In this document: positions 40,272 to 53,665 of the stretch, piece after piece | How the letters are laid out: each line of letters starts with the position of its first letter | How positions within the stretch are numbered: the stretch's first letter is position 1 | DNA from: Eledone cirrhosa | Taxonomy: Eukaryota | Direction: 5' to 3' | Length of the DNA stretch: 64,000 nucleotides | Assembly: GCA_964016885.1 (NCBI GenBank) | Contig: CAXHJY010001195.1 | Span: forward strand, 15,751-79,750 | Notes under the pieces: model-generated | The model's database searches: none | What the model was told of the DNA's origin: nothing | What the model saw: only the letters and a program-made list of their open reading frames with translations | Position numbers and translations under genes: made by a program

Positions 40272-40412
40272 ACAAAGAAGGTGTGGTAAGATACTAGGTG
40301 GACCATAATGCATCATAGTACAAGATACTTAGGGTAGTAGAGTGGGTAATAGTTCGGAACTAGCTGTCGAAACAGCCGGAGCTCAGCCATCGGGGTCCTG
40401 ACTCTTGTCCTA
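40272..40412 (+). repeat. (TA)n-associated fold-back family member (leader plus one arm)
   Basis: tgtggtaag..gaccataa..tacttagggtagtagagtgggtaat..tagctgtcgaaac..tcggggtc, homologous to 53470-53667. Confidence 0.82.
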
Positions 40413-40424
40413 TATATATATACA

Positions 40425-40480
<56 letters not shown>

Positions 40481-41019
40481 CACAACATACAGATACACAC
40501 CCATACATATTATTCATCACCATCATCATGGTAGAGCAAGTGCTGAGTTTTGGTGGTGGTCTAGAAAGTGTAGAATCTATTAGAGGTCACCCCTCCACGG
40601 TGGAGCACGTGGCAGGTCTTGGAGTTGGTCTTGATAATGTAGAATCTATCAGAGACATATCTCAGTACATTTGAATACAAGAAAGTGAATAATTCTCAAC
40701 AATTTTACATTTTCTAAGTTGGAGAAAAAATGATAAAAATAACAGTTTTTCATTAAGTCTGGGAACACGAAGAAACTTTGTGGGAATTTACATATATTAA
40801 AAGTGGCAAATGCTTAATGCCAACTACTTCTAGAATTTACCAACAGAAAACTATGCAAGCCCCATTTTGTAACAGCTAACTAATAATTGTAAAGAAATTT
40901 AATATTAAGTTGCATGGAAGGTGGCAAAATTTCAAATTTCTAACAGGTAAGCTTAATAGTCAAAACTGTAATGTTTTTACATTGAAATACATACATACAT
41001 ATATACATAAATACATACA

Positions 41020-41053
<34 letters not shown>

Positions 41054-41759
41054 CATACATACATACATATATACATACATACACATGCAAGCTTATATAT
41101 GCATATACACACATATACACACATATATATGCACATACACATACACTAAAATATATATATATAAACACACACATACACATGTTTATATACACACACACCC
41201 ATATATACACACAGACACACACACAAAATAAAACAATGAAAACAAAGCATCCCTCCAATAATAACGATGAGGTGAGAGGTATCACCACATCACCCCCCCC
41301 CCCCCACACACACACACACACTCCCACACATCACCCACATCACTCCATACAGAGGACCTAAACAAGTTTAAAAGGACAAATCAATGAATTAATCAATCAG
41401 TTATTGAATCAATCTAATCAATAAACTATAGTTCCCGATGCTGATCATGAAAGATGAGATCTGCCAAATAAGCCAAAAAGTTATTTTGAAGACATCTTGT
41501 GATAGCCATCAAGATTGACCCCCAGGGATCTCACCAGTTGAAAGGTCTAATTTCTCACCCTGCAAAGATCAAACAAGATCAATAATACATTTTGTTTCCT
41601 TATTTTTTTAAAAATCTAACTCTTTTGTTGCCATATTTCTAATGAAAGACACTGTCTATAGTTTTCAAATCATTTTGAAGATAATCAAGAATTTCAAGTG
41701 ATTCAGAAACATAACTAACTTTCTCATTATTAAAGCTGTTGTTTGGAGCATATTTTAAC

Positions 41760-41875
41760 TACTTCCTTTTCGTGCCAGTCACTGTTGAGACCTCTGGTGT
41801 CCTTGGTCACAGAACTGCCATCTTGCTCTGTACATTTGGGAGGTGTACATCTCAGCTGAGGAAGAGGCCCACAAG
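41760..41875 (+). mobile_element. CRE-like non-LTR element C-terminal (REL endonuclease end) remnant, copy 1
   Basis: YFLFVPVTVETSGVLGHRTAILLCTFGR. Confidence 0.65.
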
Positions 41876-42041
41876 TAAGATTAATAAAGTATTTTGTTTC
41901 TTTCATTTAAAAAGAAAAAAAATCTAACTCTTTTGTTACCATATTTCTAATGAAAGGCACTGTCTTTCAAGAATTCGGATTGATTCAGTGACATAACTAA
42001 CTTTTTCATTATTAAAGCTGGTATTTGGAGCATATTTTAAC

Positions 42042-42239
42042 TACTTCCTTTTTGTGCCAGTTGCTGTCAAAACCTTTTGTGTCTTTGATCCCTGAACTGC
42101 CATTTTCATTCCCCAAAGTGGAAGGTGTGCTTCCTGCCAGAGGAAAGGGCTCTATGAGATACAGTGGCTGATGCAGTGTATGTCGCTGGCTGTTTTCTGT
42201 GGCAATGCTATCACCATTTTGTTTGTGTTGTGCAGCTGA
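42042..42239 (+). mobile_element. CRE-like non-LTR element C-terminal remnant, copy 2 (internal stop)
   Basis: YFLFVPVAVKTFCVFDP*TAIF..GR..EIQWLMQCMSLAVFCGNAITIL*, matching the FxPxAVETxG..QRLSxAVxRGNA terminus of CRE-type elements. Confidence 0.72.
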
Positions 42240-42824
42240 GATATACGACCTGAACTGGGGTCTAGAGCCTGCCGATCCTTCACCATTTTCATTTCTTATA
42301 CTTTATACGCAAACATTATATAAATCAGTTGAAATTTGTTGAATAAAATATATTATATTTAATAAAGATTCTTCCACAAAATTATAATGAATGGTTTAAA
42401 TCTAAATCTAAATACTCAAACACTTTTGTTACCATATTTTTAATGAACGACACTGTCTATGGTCTTCAAATCCTTTTAAAATAATCAAGAATTTGGATTG
42501 ATTTAGTAACATAACCAACTTTCTCATTATTAAGCTGGTGTTTGGAACTTAAAGTTTCTTACAAGAAAATGGTGGAAGGGTTTAAGATGTCTATAAACAC
42601 TTTAACTCTTTACCATATTTTTAACGAAAAGCTGCCTATGATTTTCAAATTATGATCAAATGTTTTTAGATGTAATGTAAACATTTTAACCCTTTTGTTA
42701 CCATATCTCTAATGGAAGACACTGTCTTTGATTTCTAAAATAATTTTGAAAATAATAAAGAATTTGGATTGATTCAGTAATGCAACTAACTTCCTCATTA
42801 TTTAGTTGGTATTTAAAGAACGGT

Positions 42825-42980
42825 TTATGGCAGCAATGGTAGAGTGTTGGACATTCTTCCTTGTGGCATATAGTTACAACCCTTTACATCGGGAGTTCAA
42901 ATTCTGTCGAGGTTAGCTTTGCCTTTCATCTGTACGGGGTTGATAAAATAAAGCACCAGTAATGCACTGGGGGTTGATTT
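42825..42980 (+). mobile_element. Degenerate tRNA-derived SINE
   Basis: tggcagcaatgg, gagttcaaattc and the core ctttgcctttcatc..gataaaataaagcaccag. Confidence 0.8.
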
Positions 42981-43894
42981 AAGAGACCATATAGCGGCTG
43001 CTTTGTTGGCTCAACAACATACCAGGTGAGTCAGAAGTAATCTGGCAGCCAATGCATTTTTATTGCAAGGTTCATAGATAACTTTTTGAACATACACTTC
43101 AAAATATATTGAGAAATCAGGTCAGCTTTTCGATCACTTACTTTAATTATATTTTATTAACTAGTTTTGTTTGATGTATTTATAGATGTGTACTGTATGA
43201 CCAGAATTTCAGTAAATATTATCATTTGAAATATAAATGTTGGCCAGCCTTGTTACTTATGACTCACACTGTATAGACAGAAAGGATGTGTGCTTTATAC
43301 AACATGTTGTGGCACTTATACAAATATGAAATTTTGTGTATAAGGATACTTGAGACAAATTTGAGAGGTGATTAAAGTTGATATCACCTCGATAAATGTT
43401 GAGCTAAGATGTGGCCATAGATAAGAAGGGCAGGTCAGGGCTGTCAGTCATGGGTGTGTCCTCAATCTATTGAACCATCAGTAATTCAGCCATAAGCAAA
43501 TGAATCAGTTATCAGTGATCGGCCAAAGGTGAGCATGTTGTCATTGATCGCTGAACTAAAATAAATCATGGAGAACTCTATTGTGAATTGATTGGTTAAA
43601 GGTACCTAGAAAGGTCACATACACTCGACTAGACATGACACAAACACACTCCCTTTAACTGACCCTTGCTGGCTACAAACCATAGGTGGGGGTTGGGAAA
43701 GAGGGAGAATGGAAAGAGAGAGAGAGAGAGAGAGAAGAATAAGAAGTGAAAGGGTAAAAGAGGGAGAGAGCGAGAGAGAGACCTCCCTCCATCTCTAGGC
43801 GAATGGGTAAAAGATGTAGTACAGACACAGGGGAAACATGCCATTGCACCATAAGTCAGACATTCACAACACCACCCACCAACCCACCCCTGCA

Positions 43895-46860
43895 ATCCCC
43901 ATCACCATCCCCATCACCTTCACCATCCCCATCACCTTCACCATCACCATCACCATCACCATCCCCATCACCATCCCCATCACCTTCACCATCACCATCA
44001 CCATCCACACAGATCAGATAGTATCGATAGTGAAAAGGATAAGGAAGGTGAGAAGAAGGTGAGAATTAAGAAAAATTAAGAAATTAAGAATGTAGAAGAG
44101 AGAGTAAGGCATGGTAAAGAAGGGTGATGGTGGTGGTGGTGGTGGTGGTGTTAGTTGTTGTTGGTGTTGGTGGTGGTGGTGGTGGTGTTGGTTTTGGTGG
44201 TGTTAGTTGTTGGTGTTGGTGGTGGTGGTGGTGGTGTTGGTTTTGGTGGTGTTGGGGGTTGGTGGTGGTGGTGGTTTTGGTGGTGTTGGTTTTGGTGGCG
44301 GTGGTGGTGGCGGTATTGGGGGTTGGTGTTGGTATTGGAGGTTGCTGTTGGTGTTCATGTTGGGTGGTGGTGTTGGTGGTGGTGTTGGTTTTGGTGGTGG
44401 TGGTGGTGGTGGTGGTGGTGGTGTTGGGGGTTGTGATGTTGATGGTGGTGTTGGTGTTGGTATTGCAGGTTGCTGTTGGTGTTGCTGTTGGTTGGTGTTG
44501 CTGTTGGTTGGTGTTCATGTTGAGTGGTGGTGATGGTGTTAGTGTTGGTGATGGTGTTCATGTTGGTGTTGGTGTTGGGGGTTCGTGTTGGGTGTTGGTG
44601 ATGGTTTTGGTGGTGGTGGTGGTGGTGTTGTGTTTGGTGTTGGTGAAGGGTCGAAAGATTTTCAGATGAGAATTAGTTGATATATGGATAGGTTGTGTTG
44701 GACATCTCCAGACCAGCAAGCACTAATGAGTTTGGTCAGTGGTTACAGACAAAAGTCAAGAGGAGGAGAAAGGAAAGGAAGAAAGAAAGGGAGAAGAAGA
44801 AAAGGATGATGATGATGTGACTATATATAAATACTAATAATAAGTTAAAGTAATTAATATCTTGAGATTATTTGGGGAATTTAATTAATTAAAAGTAACA
44901 ATAAAATAAAATACAGTAAATTAAAATAAGAAAAGAATTAAATGGAGAAATACAAAGAATGTAGACGACGTACATCGTTAATAATATCTGGCAGTGTTAA
45001 ATTTCTCAATTTTATAAGAATTTTGTGGCTGAATATCTCGTGTTTCAATATGGCCCCACCCTAATAAGGCGGGAAGATAGAGAGGACTTAAATAGATGAC
45101 TGCAGGGGAGGGAAAAGGTGTTGTCTACTAATTTAGTTTGTCTAATCAATTCTAATTATGATAACGATGCCACATTACTGTTGATGATGATGATGATGAT
45201 GGTAGTGATGGTGGTAGTGATGGTGGTGGTGAAGGTGCGATGGGGTTGATAGTGGTGATGGTAGTGAAGGAGGTGGTGAAGGTGGCGGTTGATGGTGGGG
45301 GTGGGGTGATGATGGGGTGGTGGGTGGTGGGGATGATGATGGGGGGGTGATGGTGGTGGTGGTGATGTTGGTGGTGGTAGTGATGGAGGTGGTGAAGGTG
45401 GGGTTGATGGTGGTGATGGTAGTGGTGGTAGTGGTGGTGGTGATGGTGGTGGGGGATATGATGGTGATGGTGGTGGGGGTGATGGTGATAATGGTGATTG
45501 TGGTGGTGAGAGTGGCAGTGTTGGCAATGATGATGATGATGACTGTGGTGATGGTGATGATGATGATGATGACAATGGCGATGATAATGGTGGTGGCAGT
45601 GATGGTTGTGGTGGTTGTGATAGCAGTGGTGGTTGTGGTGTTGATGGTGGTTGTGGTGGTGGTGGTGGTGGTGGTGGTTGTGGTGGTGGTGTTGGTGGTG
45701 GTGGTGGTGGTGGTGGTTGTGGTGGTGGTGTTGGTGGTGGTGGTGGTTGTGGTGGTGGTGGTGTTGGTGGTGGTGGTGGTGGTGGTTGTGGTGTTGGTGG
45801 TGGTGGTGGTGGTGGTGGTGGATAATGATGATTATAATAATAGATGATGGTGATGATTTAATTCCAAGGAAAGAAGTTGGAAGAAGAGGAAGAAGCAGAA
45901 TAATCTTGTTGATGGTGTTGATGATGATGATGATCGTTGTTGTGGGGGGGGGGGGTGTAGATATTAATGATGATGATAGTGGTAGTGTTTGTGGTGGTGG
46001 TAGTGTTGTTGCTGTTGGTGGTGGTGGTGGTGGTGGTGGTGGTCATTGTGCTGATGATGGTGATGATGATGATTTAATTCTAGAGAAAGAAGTCCTTAGA
46101 ATAATAATAAGAAGAATGTTGATAAATGACTGGATAGTAGGTTGTCATTGATTCCATTTATAACAATAGATAGTGGTGGTGGTGGTGGTGGTGGTGGTGG
46201 TGGTGGTGGTGGTAGTGTTGTTGTGGTGGTGGTGGTGGTGGTGGTGGTGGTGGTGGTGATGGTGGTGGTAGTGTTGTTGTTATTGTTGTTGTGGTGGTGG
46301 TGGTGGTGGTGGTGGTGGTAGTGTTGTTGTTGTGGTGGTGGTGGTGGTAGTAGTGGTGGTGGTGGTGGTGGTGGTGGTGGTGGTGGTGGTGGTGTTGTTG
46401 TTGTTGTGGTGGTGGTGGTAGTGTTGTTGTTGTGGTGGTGGTGGTGGTAGTAGTGGTGGTGGTGGTGGTGGTAGTGTTGTTGTTGTTGTGGTGTGGTGGT
46501 GGTGGTGGTGTTGGTGGTAGTGTTGTTGTGGTGGTTGTGGTGGTTCAGTGGTAGTGTTGTTGTGGTGGTGGTGGTAGTGTTGTTGTGGTGGTTGTAGTGG
46601 TAGTGGTTCAGTGGTAGTGTTGTTGTGGTGGTTGTGGTGGTGTTGATGGTGCTTATGATGGTGGTGGTTCAGTGGTAGTGTTGTTGTGGTGAAATTGGTG
46701 GTGGAGTTGAAGGTTAAATTGGTGTTGTTGTGATTGTGGTGGTTTTGATGGTGAAATTGGTGTTGTGGTAGTGTGGCTGTTGTGTTGGTGTTGTGATGTT
46801 GTTATGGTGGTTGTGGTGTGAGTATTGTGATGATGAAATTGATGACTACAGCAGTGATGG
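43895..46860. repeat. Extended (CAC/CAT)n and (GGT/GTT/GAT)n microsatellite field with short unique islands
   Basis: Read directly from sequence. Confidence 0.9.
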
Positions 46861-46944
46861 TGATAAATATTAGTAGTGATAGTAATAAGATAATAACATA
46901 GAAGCCAAGGATTATTAAATATTACCAGAACAACAAACTTTTCT

Positions 46945-47345
46945 TGTCTGCATTGAAATTAAGTATAGATGACATTATATGTCATATGAGAAGTGGAAGA
47001 GATTGATAGAAATACCAGCTATGTACTTGGGTCAAGAGATAACCAAGAGTAACGAACCTTTACAGTTTGGGGGTTGAAATCTAAGAATAGATGACATTAC
47101 ATGTCATTTTCTGAGAAATGGAAGAGATTGATAGAAATACCAGCTATGAACTGGGGTCAAGAGATAACTAAGAGTATTATTGAAATCTAAGTATAAACGA
47201 AATTACATGTCATCCTTCTGAGGAATGGGAGACATTGATAGAAATACCAGTTATGTACTGGGGTTAGTGAAATAAACAAGAGTAACAAACCTTTACAGTC
47301 TGTATTGAAATCTCAGTACAAACGACATTACATGTCATCCTTCTG
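46945..47345 (+). repeat. ~105-125-bp tandem repeat (~3.5 units)
   Basis: ttgaaatctaag..gacattacatgtcat..gattgatagaaataccagctatgtactggggt..aagagtaac is repeated. Confidence 0.88.
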
Positions 47346-47498
47346 TGTTAAATTAAAACACTGGAAAATAGCACATGTTTATGTCAGTGCATAAACAGTT
47401 GTCCAGACTTGACACTGGTATTGATTTTATTTTGTATATCATTGAACATGAATTAAGGAAAGTCACTACAGAAATGTAGTTTTACAAATATATATACT

Positions 47499-47545
<47 letters not shown>

Positions 47546-47691
47546 CACACACAATATATATATACACAGACACACACAGTGTGTATATATATATACACGC
47601 ATATATATATACATATATATATATACATATATACACAGACACACACAATATATACATATACCTATATATTTATATATAGGTATATGTATAT

Positions 47692-47735
47692 ACCGAAACG
47701 GCTTGAGCTCAGCCGTCGGGGTCCTACTCGTTCCT
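47692..47735 (+). repeat. Fold-back family arm fragment
   Basis: cgaaacggcttgagctcagccgtcggggtc..gttccta. Confidence 0.75.
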
Positions 47736-48382
47736 ATATATATTTATATATATATTACATTAATTTTGGAACATATAATAGCGTGCCTTTTAATTTCTAG
47801 CTTCTTAAATTGTGTCTTTCACACAGGATAGTAGCATTAATTAATAGCATTAATGTTTTAATATTTTTAAGTCTAATTAACAATTACTTAAATGTGTCAT
47901 CACATAATTTTTGATTGATTTTGTTTTAATTTTCTTTTTTTTTTGTCATTTATTATTATTTTATTTTTCCTATTCATTGTATTAACTTAATACAATTAGA
48001 ATAATTAGACAGTCCAGTGTATTTTAATATGACTACATAGTAATTAAAGTTGTTTTGAATTCTTCAGATTCTAGGATTGGTCATAGAAAATTTGTGTCTG
48101 TCTTTGATTAAACAAAGGATTATCTACAAATCGTTTTAGATAATTTCTACAGCAACATGATGTTTATCAATTTAGCACTATCTTCATTAGTTTACGCAAA
48201 GGATACAAGCAACACTGCATCGTTCCATTACTAGAAGAGCATAGCTCATGCTTGTTGTCCTATTTTCAATGAATATAAAGTAAATTTATTGTTGTGTGGC
48301 TGAGGAGATGGGGTAAAGAATGGCTTGTTACCATATTTTTAATGAAAAACACTACATGGAATTTCCAGATTATTTTGAAGAT

Positions 48383-48570
48383 AATTGTTTCTCCTTTTGG
48401 CACAAGGCCAGCAATTATCCCAGTGCATTACTGGTACTTTATTTTATCAACCCCCATAAGGATGAAAGGTAAAGTTAATCTCGGCAGGATTTTAACTCAG
48501 ATCATAAAGGGCCATAAATCTGTGCTGCAAAGCATGTCGTCCGACCCTCAACCAATACTGCCAATCCATT
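48383..48570 (-). mobile_element. tRNA-derived SINE inserted in a piggyBac-like element fragment
   Basis: Reverse complement of the 3966 family; the flanks gttaccatattttt.. and ttttgaagata..aagaatttg match the 41.6 kb repeat. Confidence 0.85.
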
Positions 48571-48807
48571 TGAAGATATTGAAGAATTTGGAGGGATTTA
48601 GAAATATAACTAATTTATCAATGAAGTGGTGCTTAGAACAGAATAAAGGTTCTTACATGAAATTATAAAAAAATTAAACCTCTGTGTGTGTGTGTGTGTG
48701 TGTATATCGACAGTCGATTGACTTTGTCAAATTGGACCAAGGAAACAATGATTCTATTGGTCTTTCCAATTGCTAATACTATCTATCGGTCACAACTCCA
48801 GGTTGAA

Positions 48808-48920
48808 GGAACAACGTGAAATAAAGTGTCTTGCTCAAGAACATAACGCATCACCCGGTCCAGAAACGAACTCACAACCTCATGATTGCGAATCCAATTG
48901 TCTAACCACTCAGCCACATG
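48808..48920 (-). mobile_element. CORE-like SINE 5' part
   Basis: gtgaaataaagtgtcttgctcaag..cgaactc..ctaaccactcagccac. Confidence 0.75.
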
Positions 48921-48929
48921 CCAGAGCAG

Positions 48930-49682
48930 GAGAGTTAAGGCAAAAAAGGTATCGTATGCTGAATTTGCTGACGACATAGATTTGGTGACAAATACAGTGA
49001 AGGAGGCAGAGGGTTTGATGCAGGAGGTTGAGACTGTGTCGATGAGTGTGGGGCCGAGAATGTTGAGAAGCCAGAGGGAATCACTAATGTAGGCAGGAAG
49101 CCGCTAGAATTGGTACAGGAGTATTTGGGAGCAAAGATTGGGAATACGGAAGATGATGTGGTTGAGAGGAAGAGCAAAGCCTGGGCGGCGTGCCACAGCT
49201 TGAGATCGGTGTGGAAGTTGGACCTTCGTAAAGACCTGGAAATCCGCCTCTTCATTGCTGTAGTGGAGTCTGTGCTGCTGTACGGGTCTGACACTTGGAC
49301 ACTGACCAAGAAACTCTCTCAGATGGTGGATGGGTGCTACACGAGAAGGCTGAGGATGGCTCTGAACATTAATCAGTATACACTGAGGATGAAAAACTCA
49401 GAGCTGTATGGGAGCCTCCCAAAAGTCAGCTCAGAAGTGACACAGAGGAGACTGAGGTTAGCTGGACATGCTCACTGACATCCAGAGTTGACATTGCACT
49501 CAGTGCTCCTGTGGGAGCCCCTACATGGACACACTAGAAGAGGAAGACCAAGGTTAACGTATGTTGATGCCCTAAGGACAGACACTGGTCTGCTGGAGAC
49601 GCAGGACATGGCAACGATAATGAGGGACAGAGACCGCTGGAGAGAACTCGTCCATGGATCTTGGGAATTTTACCCGCCCTAG
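48930..49682 (+). mobile_element. Degenerate RTE-clade LINE (third subfamily), RT and C-terminus
   Basis: EFADDIDLV..; YLGAKI..KAWAACHSLRSVW..VESVLLYGSDTWTL..LRLAGH; RRGRPRLTYVD..DRDRWR, with frameshifts and stops. Confidence 0.9.
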
Positions 49683-49697
49683 ATATATATATATTAC

Positions 49698-49741
<44 letters not shown>

Positions 49742-49763
49742 GAGAGAGAGATATGAGATATAT

Positions 49764-50050
49764 ATCATCATCATCATTATCAATGTTTACATCCATTTTT
49801 CACACTACCATGGGTTAGACGAGTTGTCCTGTTGTGGGCAATGTCTTGCTCATACAGAACTGATTCTGGCTTGGTTTCTACAGCTGGATGCCCTTCCTAA
49901 CACCAACCTCACTTACAGTGAGTACTAGGTGTACTAGGTACATTTTGTTGTGACACCCACACAAACACTTCCCAATGTGAACTGGGTGCTTTTTGTCGGG
50001 ACACCTACACAACCACTTTACAGTATGTACTGGGTGCTTTTTGTTCACAC
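49764..50050 (-). mobile_element. RTE-tailed retroposon (degenerate)
   Basis: tttctacagctggatgcccttcctaacaccaacc; (CAT)n end. Confidence 0.8.
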
Positions 50051-50279
50051 AGTGTGTGTGTGTAGATAGATATTGTATGTATGTGGGTATGTGCATGTGT
50101 AGCAGACAGAGAGACAGGCAAGTAAGTAGAGAGAAAGATGGAAGGATTAATAATATATAAACTGGAGAACAACTGAAACTGGCTGATACTGCCATAGACA
50201 GGTCTACTGAAATAGGGCCATACACCTACACATACACACATATATGTAGACACACACACATATATATACACATACACAC

Positions 50280-50314
50280 ATATATGTACTGCTGACATGT
50301 ACATGCACATATAG

Positions 50315-50349
<35 letters not shown>

Positions 50350-50399
50350 CACATACACACATATATGTACTGCTGACATGTACATGCACATATATATAG

Positions 50400-50430
<31 letters not shown>

Positions 50431-50478
50431 CATACACATATATATGTACTGCTGACATGTACATGCACATATATATAG

Positions 50479-50513
<35 letters not shown>

Positions 50514-50567
50514 CACATATATATACGTACTGCAGATATGTACATGCACATATATATATAGACACAA

Positions 50568-50599
<32 letters not shown>

Positions 50600-50645
50600 T
50601 CATACACATATATATATACGTACTGCAGATATGTACATGCACACG
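50280..50645. repeat. Minisatellite: tactgc(t/a)ga(c/t)atgtacatgcaca x5 spaced by (TA/CA)n
   Basis: Read directly from sequence. Confidence 0.88.
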
Positions 50646-50930
50646 TATATAGACATGCACACTCACACTCACACGTACATAAATATAAACACACAAACAT
50701 ATGTATATGTACATATATACATACACACACAAACATATATACACATATATACATACATACATACACACAGGCACACAAACAAACACACAGGCACAGGTGT
50801 ACAGACATAGATATTCATATGCACATGCAATCACACAAACACATTCACATACATGAACAGCTACACATTTAAAAACTCACACACACAAACACTGCACATA
50901 AACATGTGTGCCCAGAAACATACAGAACAT

Positions 50931-50966
<36 letters not shown>

Positions 50967-51079
50967 AACATATGTTCCCAGAAACACACAGAAAATTATA
51001 AACACACACACACACACACACACACAGACACACACACAAACACAAACATATGTTCCCAGAAACACACAGAAAATTATAA

Positions 51080-51118
<39 letters not shown>

Positions 51119-52115
51119 CATGCACACACATAAACACATAAGTAATATATATATATACACAGTGAGAGAGTGCCAGACACACAGACAGCCAGTAAACCAG
51201 ACAAAAAAATAACAAACACACAACACACAAGAGAAAAAGATGAGCAGACCAATAGATATAGAGAAGAATAGGTAGTATTGTTGGTGTTGTTGTTGTTGTC
51301 ACCTAGGGGGATTGGTGTTAATTAATTAGCCACTTCTGTCAGCTAGGTGACATTAATATGTCATCAGCAGATTTCCTCTTAACTGACACACAACATCGGT
51401 GGTCATCTTCTGCCTTCATTTGAATTGCTAATTTCTCATTACAACAACAACAACAACAACAACATCTATAATAACGACAACTACTACAACAACTGTAATA
51501 ACAACAACTGTAATAACAACAACATCTATAATAACAACAACTACTACAACAACTGTAATAACAACAACTGTAATAACAACAACATCTATAATAACAACAA
51601 CTACTACAACAACTGTAATAACAACCACAATAACAACCATTATAACAACAATAACAACAACAACAACAACATCAGATTTAATAACAATAACTACCATAAC
51701 AATACCAACCACAATAACAACAGCAACTATACCCACAACAAAAATTACAACAACAACAACAACAACAACCACAACCACAATAACAAAAAGAATAACAACA
51801 ACAGCAGCAGCTATAATTACAATAGCTACCATAACAATAACCACAATAACAACAATAACAACAACAAGAATAACAACTAGCAATAATAATCACCACAATA
51901 ACCACAATAACAACAACAAGAATAACAACTAGCAATAGCTACCACCACAATAACCACAATAACAGCAACAACAGTAACAACAACAAGAATTATAATAACA
52001 ATAACCATCAACAACCACAATAACAGCAACTACAATAACAACAATAACAACAACTGCAATAACAATCACTACAATAATGTATGTGTGTATCCTAGCTTAC
52101 ACAATATCCCTGCTG

Positions 52116-52116
<1 letters not shown>

Positions 52117-52151
<35 letters not shown>

Positions 52152-52280
52152 TTTACGTCCACTTTTCCTTGCTTGCAAGGGTGGGACGGGTCCTATTCAG
52201 CACAGCATCTCTCCATTTGTCCCGGTCCTTCGTCATCTCCTCTGTCAGCTTCAGAGATCTGAGATCAGCTCTCACCACCG
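52117..52280 (-). mobile_element. RTE LINE 3' end (short-tail subfamily, as 56585-57129)
   Basis: Reverse complement matches 56985-57129. Further tail-only fragments lie at 52980-53034 (-) and 62884-62950 (+). Confidence 0.85.
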
Positions 52281-52750
52281 ATTGTAAAACAGTTCTTCAA
52301 AACAATCTTGGGCAGATTGCCATCAAAAGGGCCAATGTTAAGCTCTGTTAACCTTCAGCAAGCTAGATGTTTTTTATGAATTACTTCCCCTGACACTGCA
52401 TTATGAATTAAAGGGAGACTACTCTATTGGCAACTTAATGGACCTGTAGCCTCCAGAAGGTTAACACAGCAAAAAAATCAAAATTAGATGTAGAATCTAG
52501 GAAATACCACAACTGTAGCCTAATGACATTTGTTATCCACATACCAACAATCGGAGCAGGTTGGGAGTTGTTTTACTGGGAGGGCCAGGCTATGGTTTTG
52601 AAGGAGATATTTCAATTTAATTTATAAATGGCATCCTGTGTCTATGGTGGGTGGGATTACTTATAAGATTATGATTTGTATTTACTTGAGTACTAATACA
52701 GCATGGGTTTGGTTTAGACCTGTTTACATCCTAACGAAGGTAAACAATGG

Positions 52751-52781
<31 letters not shown>

Positions 52782-52785
52782 ATGG

Positions 52786-52873
<88 letters not shown>

Positions 52874-52900
52874 TTAAGTTTGGTGGTTCACTACTATATA

Positions 52901-52960
52901 CACCTGATGATGTCACCAGAATCTTAAATAACCTGGTGGCCACTGAAATGTACATAGTCT
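52901..52960 (+). ncRNA. Degenerate minimal type I hammerhead motif with palindromic stem III
   Basis: CTGATGA 52904-10; stem II gtcaccag/ctggtggc; GAAA 52945-48; palindromic ATGTACAT 52948-55; AUA triplet. Stem I is weak and there are extra bases before GAAA. Confidence 0.55.
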
Positions 52961-53078
52961 TTGAAGGAATATATATGAATCATCATCATCATCATCATTT
53001 TACGTCCGCTTTTCCCTGCTTGCAAGGGTGGGACAAATGAATGTATATGTATATATATATGTATATATATATATATAT

Positions 53079-53446
53079 CAGTAGGCACCTCTTAACCAAA
53101 ATACACCCCCATCCCACTAACCCTACCCCTGCTGCCATCTACACCACCCCTTTCTCTGTAAAGCTATGTTGGTACCACAACATCCAGTCCTAAACAAATG
53201 AGGGAGTGTAGGTGTCACGACAAAAAAACACACAGTCCACGCTGTAATGTGGTCGTGTAGGTAACACAGTAAAAACCTCCCAGTCCACACTGTAAACGTG
53301 GTTGGTGTTAGGAAGGGCATCCAACCGTAGAAAACCCGCCAGACAGTCCTGAGCAAGACAACCAATCTTACCTCAAGTGGGACAATTCCCGTCCAGACCC
53401 ATGCTAGTGTGGAAAATGGATGTTAAACGATGATGATGATGATGAT
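53079..53446 (+). mobile_element. RTE-tailed retroposon (long form)
   Basis: Homologous to 13735-14080 and 12310-12700. Confidence 0.88.
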
Positions 53447-53469
53447 TATATATATATATATATATATAT

Positions 53470-53665
53470 AACAAAGGAAATGTGGTAAGGAACCAGATGG
53501 ACCATAACGCACCAAAGTACTCAATACTTAGGGTAGTAGAGTGGGTAATAGGAACAAGTATGACCCCGACGGCAGAGCTCAAGCCGTTTCGACGGCTAAT
53601 TCTTTTTAGTCCAGAATTAGCTGTCGAAACGGCTTGAGCCCTGCCGTCGGGGTCATACTTGTTCT

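Larger units (their letters stand above)
41600..42810 (+). mobile_element. About five tandem degenerate ends of a TTAA-flanked (piggyBac-like) element
   Basis: (t)taac(t/c)cttttgttaccatatt..taatgaa..cactgtct at ~41617, 41926, 42421, 42602 and 42687. Confidence 0.6.

Noticed and set aside
42013-42299. ~95-codon stop-free frame on the minus strand
   Set aside because: It is the antisense shadow of the plus-strand CRE-like remnant.
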